Of a stretch of 64,000 nucleotides of DNA, positions 16,899 through 26,139 are shown piece by piece. Below the pieces are notes generated by a model. The model saw only the letters and a list, made by a program, of their open reading frames with translations, was not told the origin of the DNA and did not search any database. The stretch lies in assembly GCA_945901855.1 (NCBI GenBank), contig CAMDLT010000018.1:3245-67244 (forward strand). The letters run 5' to 3'. Position 1 is the first letter of the stretch, and each line of letters starts with the position of its first letter. The stretch is from Asaia bogorensis (lineage in GTDB: Bacteria; Pseudomonadota; Alphaproteobacteria; CACIAM-22H2). The position numbers and the translations under genes were made by a program.

Positions 16899-16973
16899 TC
16901 CCTGGTAGCTCAGCGGTAGAGCAGCCGACTGTTAATCGGCTGGTCGTTAGTTCGAATCTAACCCAGGGAGCCA
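16899..16973 (+). tRNA. tRNA-Asn (anticodon GTT)
   Basis: Acceptor TCCCTGG/CCAGGGA, D arm GCTC-AGCGGTA-GAGC, anticodon stem GCCGA/TCGGC with loop CTGTTAA, T arm GTTAG-TTCGAAT-CTAAC, discriminator G, encoded CCA. Confidence 0.92.
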
Positions 16974-16988
16974 ATTTTCGCGGCAAAA

Positions 16989-17027
16989 GGGCGGTTCCCC
17001 GGCGGGTACCGCCCTTTTTTTGTTTTT
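16989..17027 (+). terminator. rho-independent terminator after tRNA-Asn
   Basis: GGGCGGT(16989-16995)...ACCGCCC(17008-17014) with additional inner CCC/GGG pairs, followed by TTTTTTTGTTTTT. Confidence 0.75.
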
Positions 17028-17055
17028 GACACTGGACGCGCGCCAATGGCCTTGA

Positions 17056-18255
17056 ATGAAACCGCATCCGCAAAAATCGCCGAACAATATAAAAAATGGG
17101 TTTATCCGCAACCCGTGCACGATCTCGACGCGTTCGTCGCCTCGGGGGCACGCATTCGCGGCGAGCCGTCGGGATTGTGGCCCAAAATACTGGCCGCACC
17201 GGCAAGCGGCCCGTCCGCTTGATATTCTGATCGCGGGCTGCGGCACGGTGCAGGCCGCCTACTTCGCCTACCACAATCGTGATTGCCGACTCGTGGGCAT
17301 CGATCTTTCGGTCGAGAGCTTGGCGAACCAGGCGGCGCTGGTCAAAAAGCACGGGCTCGACAATCTCCAACTCGTCGAAAAAAACATTCTTGATGTCGGC
17401 TCGCTCGGCATGGATTTCGATCTGATCGTCTCGACCGGCGTGCTGCATCATATGGGCGATCCGGATGCTGGATTGCGGGCGCTCGCAGCGTGTTTGCGCG
17501 ACGATGGCGTGCTCGATTTGATGGTCTATGCGAAGGGGCTGCGCGTGGGCGTCTACATGCTGCAAGAAGCCTTTCGCCTGCTCGGCCTGGACCAGTCGCA
17601 AGCCTCGGTCGATATGGTCCGGGCGGTGCTGGGCGCCCTGCCCGCGCACCACACGGTCAACACCTACGTCAATTCGACCAAGGACATGAAATTCGACGGC
17701 GGCGTCGTCGACAGTTTTCTCAATCCGGTCGATCGCGCCTACAGCGTTCCCGAAATTTACGCGTTTTGCGAAAACAACGGGCTCGCCTTCATGTCTTGGC
17801 ATGAGGGCTTTCGCTACAGCCTGTCCGCTTGTTTCGATGCGGCACACCCGATCCAATCCCTGGTCGGCCGTCTCGATGCGCGCACCGAGGCCCATGTCTG
17901 CGATTTGCTGACGCAAACGCAGGGCACGCACAGTTTTGTCGCAGCCAAGCCTGCCTATGTGGCCCAATCGCGCATCGATTTGGCAGAACCGAACTGGCCG
18001 CGCGTCGTTCCGGTTCTTCATCCCCATTTGCAAGGCCCGACCGCCGAGGGCGCGATCTTCGCCTGTTCGCGCGAAGGCCATAAATTTTTCCTGCCGCCGG
18101 CGTCGGCGCGGATTTTCGGTTATATCGACGGCAAGCGCAGTCTGGCCGAAATCGAAGCGAAGGCGACCCAAGAAGGCATGCTGGCCGCCCACGAGACCAT
18201 CCGCATCGTCGTCGAGGCGATGGTCAAGTTCGGCCATCTGTTCGTGCGAAACTGA
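17056..18255 (+). CDS. class I SAM-dependent methyltransferase (5' end probably frameshifted; see finding)
   Basis: SAM motif I LDILIAGCGTVQA, then DLIVSTGVLHHMGDPDAGLRAL. The first ~45 codons from ATG 17056 are Arg/Ser/Pro-rich and look out of frame. A protein-like 58-codon frame starting at ATG 17046 (MALNETASAKIAEQYKKWVYPQPVHDLDAF...) ends at TGA 17220-17222. Confidence 0.65.
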   Translation: MKPHPQKSPNNIKNGFIRNPCTISTRSSPRGHAFAASRRDCGPKYWPHRQAARPLDILIAGCGTVQAAYFAYHNRDCRLVGIDLSVESLANQAALVKKHGLDNLQLVEKNILDVGSLGMDFDLIVSTGVLHHMGDPDAGLRALAACLRDDGVLDLMVYAKGLRVGVYMLQEAFRLLGLDQSQASVDMVRAVLGALPAHHTVNTYVNSTKDMKFDGGVVDSFLNPVDRAYSVPEIYAFCENNGLAFMSWHEGFRYSLSACFDAAHPIQSLVGRLDARTEAHVCDLLTQTQGTHSFVAAKPAYVAQSRIDLAEPNWPRVVPVLHPHLQGPTAEGAIFACSREGHKFFLPPASARIFGYIDGKRSLAEIEAKATQEGMLAAHETIRIVVEAMVKFGHLFVRN

Positions 18256-18258
18256 GAT

Positions 18259-19299
18259 TCAGAATTTGACCGACAGCGAGACGGCGCCGAAGCGGTCGCC
18301 GCTGCGCTGGGCATCGAATTCGCGCGTGCGCAGCACGTAGGTGAACGTCGTGCGCACGCTGCCATAGATGGCCGCGATCCCGAACTGAGCGTCCCCGACC
18401 AAAGGTCTGCGGTCGACCGAATGGCTGCTGGCAAACGTGTTGCCGTCCAGCGTGATGTCGCGCGCGACCGCCCGGCCCTCGATCCCCGCAAAACCGTATA
18501 TCGCAAACGGCGATTCCTGCGGCGTGTCGAAATGCATCGAACCCGCGAGACCCGGCCGGATGCGCGGCGGGCCATAATCCGTCGCAAGGTTGCGTCCGAT
18601 CCGCAGCGTGACGCCCGCCCCGCCATAGGTGAAAACATTGCCAAGCGACGCCCCCGCGTGCGGCGAAAAATCGCCTTCGATGCCCGGCAGCAATTGGGAT
18701 TTGCCGATATTGCGCCATTTGCGCTCGTAGTAGAGCACGACGCCCGGCTCGTTGCGCAGCTGGTTGGCCCACCCTTGCGGCACCTGGGCGCCGATCAGGC
18801 GATGGTATTCGCGTTGGGTTTCGCCCGCGTAGCTTTGTGGACCGACGATGCCAAGATTGACTTCGAGCGTGTCGAGCTGGCCCGCACCGCCTGCTTCGCG
18901 GCTGCTGGTGATCGCAGCCCCGACATAGGTCCAGCCCGAATAGGGGCGATCCACGCGTTGCAGATCGCGGCGCACGATGTTTTCGGGCGTATACATGTTC
19001 TGCCCAAGCGCGTAGCCGACGCGCGTCGTGCCGCCGTCGGGAAAGAGCGGAATCCAGCTTGCGAGTTCCCGACCCCAGCGAGGCGTCGCGCGCACTTCGG
19101 ATATCCAGTTGAGCCGAATGCCATTGGTAAAATTGCGGTCGGTCTGTTTGCTTTGGTCGATCGAGCGGAACTTGTCGTTCTCCACGACGATCGACAGCGT
19201 GCCGCGCGGCTCGGCATCGGAGTCCTGCGCCCAAGCGGGCATCGCAACGAACATGCACAAGGCAGCGGCCAAAACCGAATAGGCGCGCAAGACTGTCAT
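18259..19299 (-). CDS. lpxR: lipid A deacylase LpxR-family outer membrane protein (DUF2219)
   Basis: Signal peptide MTVLRAYSVLAAALCMFVAMPAWAQ. ENDKFRSIDQSKQTDRNFTNGIRL matches the LpxR N-terminal motif. C-terminal ...GAVSLSVKF ends in Phe as in OM beta-barrels. ATGA overlap with the holB stop. Confidence 0.8.
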   Translation of the reverse strand: MTVLRAYSVLAAALCMFVAMPAWAQDSDAEPRGTLSIVVENDKFRSIDQSKQTDRNFTNGIRLNWISEVRATPRWGRELASWIPLFPDGGTTRVGYALGQNMYTPENIVRRDLQRVDRPYSGWTYVGAAITSSREAGGAGQLDTLEVNLGIVGPQSYAGETQREYHRLIGAQVPQGWANQLRNEPGVVLYYERKWRNIGKSQLLPGIEGDFSPHAGASLGNVFTYGGAGVTLRIGRNLATDYGPPRIRPGLAGSMHFDTPQESPFAIYGFAGIEGRAVARDITLDGNTFASSHSVDRRPLVGDAQFGIAAIYGSVRTTFTYVLRTREFDAQRSGDRFGAVSLSVKF

Positions 19300-20405
19300 T
19301 GGGCGGCCGTCTGAAACGCCGCAAACGCCGAGACCAGCACGGCCTTGCGGTCCAGATTGAGCCCCTCGCCCGCACTGCCAAGTTTGGCAAGTCGCTCAGA
19401 GGTTTCGACCCACGGCATCGGACCGCGCCGGGCACAGCGTGCGGCAAGCTGGGCTTCGGCGGCAAGCACAGGGCCGTCGCCGGCCGCGATCTTGGCCATC
19501 CGATGCACGATGCCGCCCATCAGATCGAGCGCCGTGCGCAGGCCCGTTTGCGCTTCTTCGCCTTTGCGCCCCATCGTATCGGCAAAGGCTTGCACGGCGC
19601 CAAAATCGAGTTGCGGCAAACTAACCAGCAGGTCCAACAGCGTCCGATAAAGCGTCGCTCCGCCGCGATCGGCAAGTTCGATCGCGCGCCCGATCGAACC
19701 TTCGCAAAGCCCCATCAGCAGCGCGCGCTCGTCCGCCCCCAGATCGGGCCGGTAGCGCATCAGCAAGCGTTCGACGTTCGCTGCCGCCAGCGGCTGCAAA
19801 TGCAGCACGCGGCAGCGCGAACGGATCGTCGGCAGCAAGCGCCCCGGCGCGTTCGAGACGAGGATCAGCAGGCAGTTTGGCGACGGCTCTTCGAGCGCTT
19901 TGAGCAGCGCATTCGCGGCGGGCAAATTCATGTCTTCCGCCGTATCGACGACAACAACGCGCCAGCCGCCTTCTGCAGCCGTGCGATGCAAAAGATCGAC
20001 GGCGCGCCGAACCCAATAGACCGTAATGTCGTCGGACGGTTTGTTCTGTTTCTCCGGTTGCGGCATGCCAGGGCGCAGCGTGAGCATGTCGGCATGCCCT
20101 TCTGCCGCGACCCGCCGGCAGACGGGATGCTCGGGCGACAAGGCCAGGGTTGCGGGCGGCAGCGGCGGCGGTCCGCCGAAGAGTCCGCCCGCCTCCGCAG
20201 ATTGCAGACCTTGGGCGAAAGCAAATCGTGCAAAGCGAAAGGCGAGCGTCGCTTTGCCGATGCCGCGCGGCCCGGCAATCAGCCAGGCATGCGGCAGGCG
20301 ACCGCTGTTCCACGCCGCAAGCAAGCTTGCTTCTGCCGCGTCGTGACCGAGCAAATCCGGGTTGGCCCTGGGATCGGGCGATAAAGCTTCGTCATGTTGG
20401 CTCAC
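19296..20405 (-). CDS. holB: DNA polymerase III subunit delta'
   Basis: HAWLIAGPRGIGKATLAFRFA (Walker A-like clamp-loader motif), VVVVDTAEDMN and TIRSRCRVLHL (SRC motif). GTG start. Overlaps the tmk stop. Confidence 0.9.
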   Translation of the reverse strand: MSQHDEALSPDPRANPDLLGHDAAEASLLAAWNSGRLPHAWLIAGPRGIGKATLAFRFARFAFAQGLQSAEAGGLFGGPPPLPPATLALSPEHPVCRRVAAEGHADMLTLRPGMPQPEKQNKPSDDITVYWVRRAVDLLHRTAAEGGWRVVVVDTAEDMNLPAANALLKALEEPSPNCLLILVSNAPGRLLPTIRSRCRVLHLQPLAAANVERLLMRYRPDLGADERALLMGLCEGSIGRAIELADRGGATLYRTLLDLLVSLPQLDFGAVQAFADTMGRKGEEAQTGLRTALDLMGGIVHRMAKIAAGDGPVLAAEAQLAARCARRGPMPWVETSERLAKLGSAGEGLNLDRKAVLVSAFAAFQTAAQ

Positions 20406-21070
20406 GCAACGACCTTAACCCCAAATCGGATCGCGACAAGCCTTTCAATTCGTTTGGCCACCGTCGTCTCGTCGCCCGAGGCATCGACAAGTCGGCAGCG
20501 TTTGGGATTTTGGCGCGCGATCGCGCGAAATCCCTGGCGCAGCCGCTTGTGAAACTCGAAGCCCATGCGCTCGAAACGCGTTTCCGCGCCGGCACGCGAC
20601 AATGCGCGTTTCAAGCCGACTTCCAGCGGCAAATCGAAGACGAGCGTAAGATCGGGCGCAAACGACCCCAACACCAGCCGGTGAAGTTTTTTGACAAAAT
20701 CGGGACCCAAGCGATGCCCGTAACCTTGATACGCCATGGTCGAGTCTGCGAACCGATCGCACAAAACCCAAGTCCCGTTTGCCAGTGCAGGTTTGATGAT
20801 GCGGCGAACATGCTCGACGCGCTGGGCATAGTTGAGCAGCGCTTCGCTTTCCGGGCTCCACGCGTCGGGCTCGCCTTCGACCAGCAATTGGCGTACGGCT
20901 GACGCCTGTGCGAGCAAACCGGGCGCGCCACCGGGTTCGCGCGTGACCAGCACCGCGACGCCGCTGTTTTCAAGGCGCGCCGCCAAGTACCGGATCTGGG
21001 TCGATTTGCCGACCCCTTCGCCGCCCTCGAATGTCAAAAACCTTCCTTTATTGGAAGGCTTTACAGTCAT
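20402..21070 (-). CDS. tmk: dTMP kinase
   Basis: FLTFEGGEGVGKSTQ P-loop, TREPGG and DRFADSTMAYQGYG motifs. Confidence 0.95.
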   Translation of the reverse strand: MTVKPSNKGRFLTFEGGEGVGKSTQIRYLAARLENSGVAVLVTREPGGAPGLLAQASAVRQLLVEGEPDAWSPESEALLNYAQRVEHVRRIIKPALANGTWVLCDRFADSTMAYQGYGHRLGPDFVKKLHRLVLGSFAPDLTLVFDLPLEVGLKRALSRAGAETRFERMGFEFHKRLRQGFRAIARQNPKRCRLVDASGDETTVAKRIERLVAIRFGVKVVA

Positions 21071-22311
21071 TTCTTTGAACCGAAGATCAAGTAGTTGACG
21101 GCCGCCCCCAAGCGCCCCGAAACGCCCAGACGTTCGACGCCTTCTTGCGCAACGATCGGAAACTCAAGCGGCGCCATGCCGGGCGCTGTTAAGCTCACAC
21201 GGCCAAGTGTTTGGCCTTGGAGAATTGGCGCTGGCGCCGGGCTGTCGAACGTGATTTTGGCCTGCAGTTGGTTGCGCATGCGCCGTGGGATCGTAATAGC
21301 GACGTCTTGAACCGTTAGCAGCGGCACACTCGCTTTTTGGCCAAGCCAAACATCGACGCGATCCACTTCCTGCCCGGCGGAAAAGATCTTGTAGGTCTGG
21401 AATTCGCGAAACGCCCAGTCGACCATGCGCTCGGACTCTTCCGCACGCAGCCGCATCGACGCCCACCCGTTGAAGACGGCAATCACGCGCCGTCCGTCGC
21501 GCACGGCCGACGCGGTCAGCCCGTAGCCGGCCGCTTCGGTATGGCCAGTCTTGATGCCGTCGGCGCCGATATTGCGATAAAGCAGCGGATTGCGGTTGCC
21601 TTGCGTGATATCGCGCCCGGTGCGCTCGTCGCGTCCGAAGGTAAAATTGAGCTGCTTGTAGTAAGCGTAGTATTCGGGATGGTCGTCGATCACGCGGCGC
21701 GCGAGTTTCGCCAGGTCGCGCGCAGTCGTGTAGTGGTCAGGATCCGGCCATCCGGTCGAATTGCGGAAGTTGGAGTCGTTCAACCCCATGCGTTTGGCCG
21801 CGACATTCATGCGTTCGGCAAACGCTTCTTCGCTGCCCGCGATCGCTTCGGCAAGCACGATGCAGGCATCGTTGCCGGACTGGACGATCATCCCTTTGAT
21901 CAGATCGTCGACCTTGACGCGACCGTTGAGCGGCACAAACATTTTCGAGCCCTGCATGCGCCACGCGCGCTCGGACACCGGCAGCATGTCGTCGAGCGAA
22001 ATTTGTCCCGCCTTCAACGCCTCGAAGACCATGTAAGCGGTCATGATCTTGCTCATCGACGAAGGCGGCATGCGTTTGTCCGCCCCGCGCTCGAACATCA
22101 CAAAACCGGTTTGGTAGTCGACCGCGATCGCCTGCTTGGCCGTAATTTCGGGCATCGCGTCGGGATTGACGGCTGGGCGCGGCGCTGCCGCTGCGGGCGG
22201 GCGTTGCTGCTGCTGGCGCTGCTGCGCCGGGGTCTGCGCAGCCGCAACCGTCGCAAAAAGACCAACGACGGCCGCCAGAAGGATACGCGCAATCATCGTT
22301 TTCTCCGTCAT
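21067..22311 (-). CDS. D-alanyl-D-alanine carboxypeptidase (PBP5/6 family serine hydrolase)
   Basis: Signal peptide, SMSKIMT (SxxK), QSGND (SxN), KTGHTEAAG (KTG) and the C-terminal PBP5 domain. Confidence 0.9.
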   Translation of the reverse strand: MTEKTMIARILLAAVVGLFATVAAAQTPAQQRQQQQRPPAAAAPRPAVNPDAMPEITAKQAIAVDYQTGFVMFERGADKRMPPSSMSKIMTAYMVFEALKAGQISLDDMLPVSERAWRMQGSKMFVPLNGRVKVDDLIKGMIVQSGNDACIVLAEAIAGSEEAFAERMNVAAKRMGLNDSNFRNSTGWPDPDHYTTARDLAKLARRVIDDHPEYYAYYKQLNFTFGRDERTGRDITQGNRNPLLYRNIGADGIKTGHTEAAGYGLTASAVRDGRRVIAVFNGWASMRLRAEESERMVDWAFREFQTYKIFSAGQEVDRVDVWLGQKASVPLLTVQDVAITIPRRMRNQLQAKITFDSPAPAPILQGQTLGRVSLTAPGMAPLEFPIVAQEGVERLGVSGRLGAAVNYLIFGSKK

Positions 22312-23549
22312 TCGACCACAATGCGCGCTTCGGGCACATCGGCGGTCATGAGGTCGAGAACCTTATCCGCTTCGCCGACGTCGGCAAGCGGTCCCACGCG
22401 CACCCGATAGATTTGAGCGCCATTGACGGTAGCTGGCAGCACCCGCGACGAGCCGTAGCGCGACAGCCGTACCGAAAGCCGGTACGCGTTTTCGTAGGAA
22501 CCAAAAGCGCCGGCCTGAACCCACAGGCTGGTCCGCTGGCCCTGGCCTTGCGTCAAAATGGGCCGCGCCGTTGCCTGCTGCTCGACCGGCAGGGCCGCAA
22601 TTTCAGCAGATCCGACGGAACCGGACACGGGCGCGCGCGCAGGCGGGGCTGCAACGGTCTGGTTGTTGCGACCTGTTGTTGGCTGGGGCCGCGCGGCTGC
22701 TGCTTGAGGCTGGGGGGCCACCGGAACGGGGTCTGCAGCGGCTTGCGTTTGGATCGGCGATGCCGAGCGTGCCAAGGGCGCTTGGGTTTCGCGCGGACGA
22801 CCCTGGCGCGTTGTTGGTTGGGCCGCGCGCCCTGGATCGGTTCGCGCGGCGGGCAAGGTTGCCGAAGGCGGAGGCAGTGCGGCCGCCTGCGTGCGCGTTT
22901 CGCGCGCGCCGGGCGGCGGCGGCAAAGCATCGGACGCCACGGCCGTGCGCGGCACCGCCGCAACCGTTTGGTTCTCGTCACGGCCCGTCAGCGCCGCTTT
23001 CAGACGCCGACTTTCGTCGGCCTGGATCTCGACGCGCACGCGCGCGGTTCCTTGGGCTTCGAAGCCCAGCAATTGAGCGGACCGGCGCGATACGTCGATA
23101 ATGCGTCCGCGCGCGAACGGTCCGCGATCGTTGACGCGCAACACGATCGAGCGCCCATTGTCCAGATTGGTCACGCGCACCAAGCTTGGCATCGGCAACG
23201 TGGTATGCGCGGCAGTCAACGCGTTCATGTCGTAAAGTTCGCCGTTGGCCGTCAAACGACCGTGAAAATCGATGCCGCTCCGCTCGCCACCGTAAAACGA
23301 TGCGATGCCGGATTCGGCATAGGTCCAATCTTCAGCGGGGTAATACCAAACGCCCGCGATCTGATAGGGCTCGCCTACTTTGTAGATGCCTTGCGAGCGC
23401 GGCGCTGGCTGTGCTGGCGTCTGTTCGGCCGGTCCCTGGATTTTTTTGACGGCCGAAACGCCGAATTTCAATTCGGCGCAAGCACCTAAAAGCAACGTTG
23501 CCGCCGCTAGTCCGGACGCGATCGCGATACGTTTGGCTGGCCGTGCCAC
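22308..23549 (-). CDS. rlpA: septal ring lytic transglycosylase RlpA-family lipoprotein with C-terminal SPOR domain
   Basis: Lipobox LLLGAC. DPBB domain GIASFYGG...GRLTANGELYDMNALTAAHTTLPMPSLVRVTNLDNGRSIVLRVNDRGPF. Pro/Ala/Gln-rich linker. SPOR-like LWVQAGAFGSYENAYRLSVRL...YRVRVGPL. Confidence 0.9.
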   Translation of the reverse strand: MARPAKRIAIASGLAAATLLLGACAELKFGVSAVKKIQGPAEQTPAQPAPRSQGIYKVGEPYQIAGVWYYPAEDWTYAESGIASFYGGERSGIDFHGRLTANGELYDMNALTAAHTTLPMPSLVRVTNLDNGRSIVLRVNDRGPFARGRIIDVSRRSAQLLGFEAQGTARVRVEIQADESRRLKAALTGRDENQTVAAVPRTAVASDALPPPPGARETRTQAAALPPPSATLPAARTDPGRAAQPTTRQGRPRETQAPLARSASPIQTQAAADPVPVAPQPQAAAARPQPTTGRNNQTVAAPPARAPVSGSVGSAEIAALPVEQQATARPILTQGQGQRTSLWVQAGAFGSYENAYRLSVRLSRYGSSRVLPATVNGAQIYRVRVGPLADVGEADKVLDLMTADVPEARIVVE

Positions 23550-23594
23550 AGTCCAATTCCCCGAATCGGCACGCTCTGTGCCCTAAAATGGAGG

Positions 23595-24581
23595 CTAAAC
23601 CTCGCCGATAGCATCGGCAAGCAATCCGACCGACGCCGCGAAATTGACCGACCGGTTCCAGCGCATGATGACCCGGAAATTCGGATAGACCAGGAAAGCG
23701 CGCGCGCCCTCCCCGTCCGGTTGGGCAATTGCAGCGCTGATATCGCGTGTGGGCAGATCGCGCCCGTCGGGCAGGCGCACACCCAAAGCCTGCCATTCGC
23801 CAAGCGGTTTCCACACATTGTTGTGGTCGACAAGATTGCGCGCAAAACCCGCAGGCAATTGGGCCTGGCGACCCCATGTTTCGTCCGCCTTCCAGCCGAC
23901 GCGCACGAGATAATTGGCGATCGATGCAAACACGTCGGGGCGAGAATTCCAAATATCGGACCTGCCATCGCCGTCGAAATCGACGGCATAGGCAAGATAG
24001 GAGGACGGCATGAACTGGCTCTGGCCCATCGCCCCGGCCCACGAGCCGCGCATGTCCGCGACATTCATGGCCCCCTTGTCCGCGATGCGCAGCGCGTTCA
24101 GCAGTTCCTCGCGGAAAAACGCTGCGCGGCGCCCGTCATAGGCGAGCGTGGCGAGTGCCGCAAACACGTTAAAACCGCCGGTCAGACGGCCAAAATCGGT
24201 TTCGACCGCCCAGAGCGCCACGATGAAGCGCGGCTGAACTGGATAGCGCTGCACGACACGCGCGAGCAACTCGTTGTTTTCCGCCAGGCGCGTGCGCCCG
24301 GTATCGATGCGCACGCGATTGACGACGCGCGCGAAATACTGCTCGAAGGTCAGCCGCACTTCGGGCTGCGCACGGTCAAGTTCGAGAATACGGGGCAACG
24401 GCGCGACGCTGTTCAAAGCTTGGTCGAGCGTGGTCCGGCGCAATCCTTTTTGAACTGCCTCCTCGCGAAAACCGCGCAGCCACGCATCGAACGGCATGTC
24501 GTTGGCAAACGCCGCGTCGGGGCATAGCGCCACAGCACCAAGACCCGCCAGAAGTGCCCGCCGACTCGTCAGCTTTTCCAT
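23595..24581 (-). CDS. lytic murein transglycosylase (MltB-like)
   Basis: Start at ATG 24581 (MEKLTSRRALLAGLGAVAL signal). WAVETDFG and GSWAGAMGQSQFMPSSY catalytic-region motifs. Confidence 0.85.
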   Translation of the reverse strand: MEKLTSRRALLAGLGAVALCPDAAFANDMPFDAWLRGFREEAVQKGLRRTTLDQALNSVAPLPRILELDRAQPEVRLTFEQYFARVVNRVRIDTGRTRLAENNELLARVVQRYPVQPRFIVALWAVETDFGRLTGGFNVFAALATLAYDGRRAAFFREELLNALRIADKGAMNVADMRGSWAGAMGQSQFMPSSYLAYAVDFDGDGRSDIWNSRPDVFASIANYLVRVGWKADETWGRQAQLPAGFARNLVDHNNVWKPLGEWQALGVRLPDGRDLPTRDISAAIAQPDGEGARAFLVYPNFRVIMRWNRSVNFAASVGLLADAIGEV

Positions 24582-24697
24582 GCCTATGAAGTGCCATGCG
24601 TAACCCTGGCGATGCAATATGCGTGATGTCGCATTGCAAGCGCTTCGGAAACCGGGCATTTTCGCGCCTGCGAAACATCGAAGGGACTTTGCGAAAC

Positions 24698-25507
24698 ATG
24701 GGCGTCATTGTGGTCATTCCGGCACGGTTTGCATCGTCTCGTTTTCCGGGCAAACCTTTGGCCCTTGTGGCAGGGGTGCCGATGCTGCAGCGCGTCTGGG
24801 CGATCGCCAAGGCCGCCGAGGGGGTCGTGCGGGTGGTCGTGGCGACCGACGATGCGCGCATCGCAGGTGCCGTGCGCGCCTTCGGCGGCGATGTCGTCAT
24901 GACACCCGAAAGTTGCCGCAACGGCACCGAACGTACCCATGCGGCCGTCGAGGCGCTGAACCTCGACGCCGATGCGATCGTCAATTTGCAAGGCGACGCG
25001 GTATTGACGCCGCCTTGGGCGATTGGCGCACTTGCCCGCGCGATGGCGGGCGACGCTGCGATCAAAATCGCGACGCTGGCGACGAAAATGGCTCCCGACG
25101 CCTATGCCGCCTTGAAGCGCCAGAAGGCCGACGGCCAAGCGGGTGGCACGACCGTTACGTTCGACCGCTTCGGCGACGCGCTCTATTTTTCCAAAAGCCT
25201 GATCCCCTTCGTGAAAAAGCCGGACGGCAACCTGCCGCTTTACCGCCATATCGGCATCTACGCGTACCGGCGCGCGATGCTGGCTGACTATGTCGGTTTC
25301 GAGATGGGGCCGTTCGAGAAAGCCGAAGAGCTCGAGCAATTGCGTGCGCTCGAAAACGGCATCCGCATGCGTGTCGTGCAATGCGACTATCGCGGCCGCA
25401 CGCATTGGTCGATCGACAGTCCTGCGGATCTGGTCCAAGCCGAGGCGATCATCGCCAGCGAAGGCGAATTGCTGCAACGCTTCGACGGCACGGCGAAAGC
25501 GCCATGA
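24698..25507 (+). CDS. kdsB: 3-deoxy-manno-octulosonate cytidylyltransferase
   Basis: VIVVIPARFASSRFPGKPL, VVATDD, NGTER, NLQGD, LYFSKSLIPF, RHIGIYAYRR and LEQLRALENG line up with E. coli KdsB. Start at ATG 24698. Confidence 0.9.
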   Translation: MGVIVVIPARFASSRFPGKPLALVAGVPMLQRVWAIAKAAEGVVRVVVATDDARIAGAVRAFGGDVVMTPESCRNGTERTHAAVEALNLDADAIVNLQGDAVLTPPWAIGALARAMAGDAAIKIATLATKMAPDAYAALKRQKADGQAGGTTVTFDRFGDALYFSKSLIPFVKKPDGNLPLYRHIGIYAYRRAMLADYVGFEMGPFEKAEELEQLRALENGIRMRVVQCDYRGRTHWSIDSPADLVQAEAIIASEGELLQRFDGTAKAP

Positions 25508-26139
25508 CCCGCCGCCTGCTGCTCGTTCGCCACGGCAACACGTTCGAAGACGGCACGACCCCGACGCGCGTCGGCATGCGCTCGGATATGCCCCTTACGG
25601 CAAAAGGACTTGTGCAGGCGGCGCAGTTTGCCGCGGCTGCGCGCGATGCCGGGCTGGCGCTCGGACCGTTCGTCTCGGGCCCCTTGCAGCGCACGCAGGT
25701 TTTTTTGAGCCACGGGTTTGGCATCGCCCCGCGCCTGGACGATCGGCTACGCGAAATCGATTACGGGGACTGGGAAGGGCTGACAGACGCCGAAATATCC
25801 GCAACTGCGGGCCCGTCGATGCTGGAATCCTGGAACAAAAACTGCGTTTGGCCGGACGGCCAAAACTGGGCCCCCTCGCCCGCGGTCCTGTCCGAGGGCG
25901 CCGAATCGCTTGTCCGCGAACTGGCAGCAGGCGATCCGTCGATCGTGCCGGTGCTGTGCAGTTCGCAGGGCGTGCTGCGCTATTTCGCCAAGATCGATGC
26001 GGCTTTTTTCGCCCGGGCGAAACTCGGCGTCGGCACCGGTTCGTGCTGCGGCGTAAGTGTGGGCGCCCGCGGACTGCGCGTCGATTTTTGGAACGAGAAG
26101 CCGGACGCCCTAAGCCTCAAGGCGTGGTTCGGGGTTTAA
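25504..26139 (+). CDS. histidine phosphatase family protein (phosphoglycerate-mutase-like)
   Basis: MTRRLLLVRHGNT (RHG catalytic motif) and EIDYGDWEG. The ATG overlaps the kdsB stop (ATGA at 25504-25507). Confidence 0.8.
   Translation: MTRRLLLVRHGNTFEDGTTPTRVGMRSDMPLTAKGLVQAAQFAAAARDAGLALGPFVSGPLQRTQVFLSHGFGIAPRLDDRLREIDYGDWEGLTDAEISATAGPSMLESWNKNCVWPDGQNWAPSPAVLSEGAESLVRELAAGDPSIVPVLCSSQGVLRYFAKIDAAFFARAKLGVGTGSCCGVSVGARGLRVDFWNEKPDALSLKAWFGV

Noticed and set aside
16609-16908. 99-aa plus-strand ORF
   Set aside because: It reads straight through tRNA-Cys and into tRNA-Asn. The tRNA folds are far better supported.
16891-18237. 448-aa minus-strand ORF
   Set aside because: Antisense to the methyltransferase, and it runs through tRNA-Asn and its terminator. 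It is not compatible with those well-supported features.
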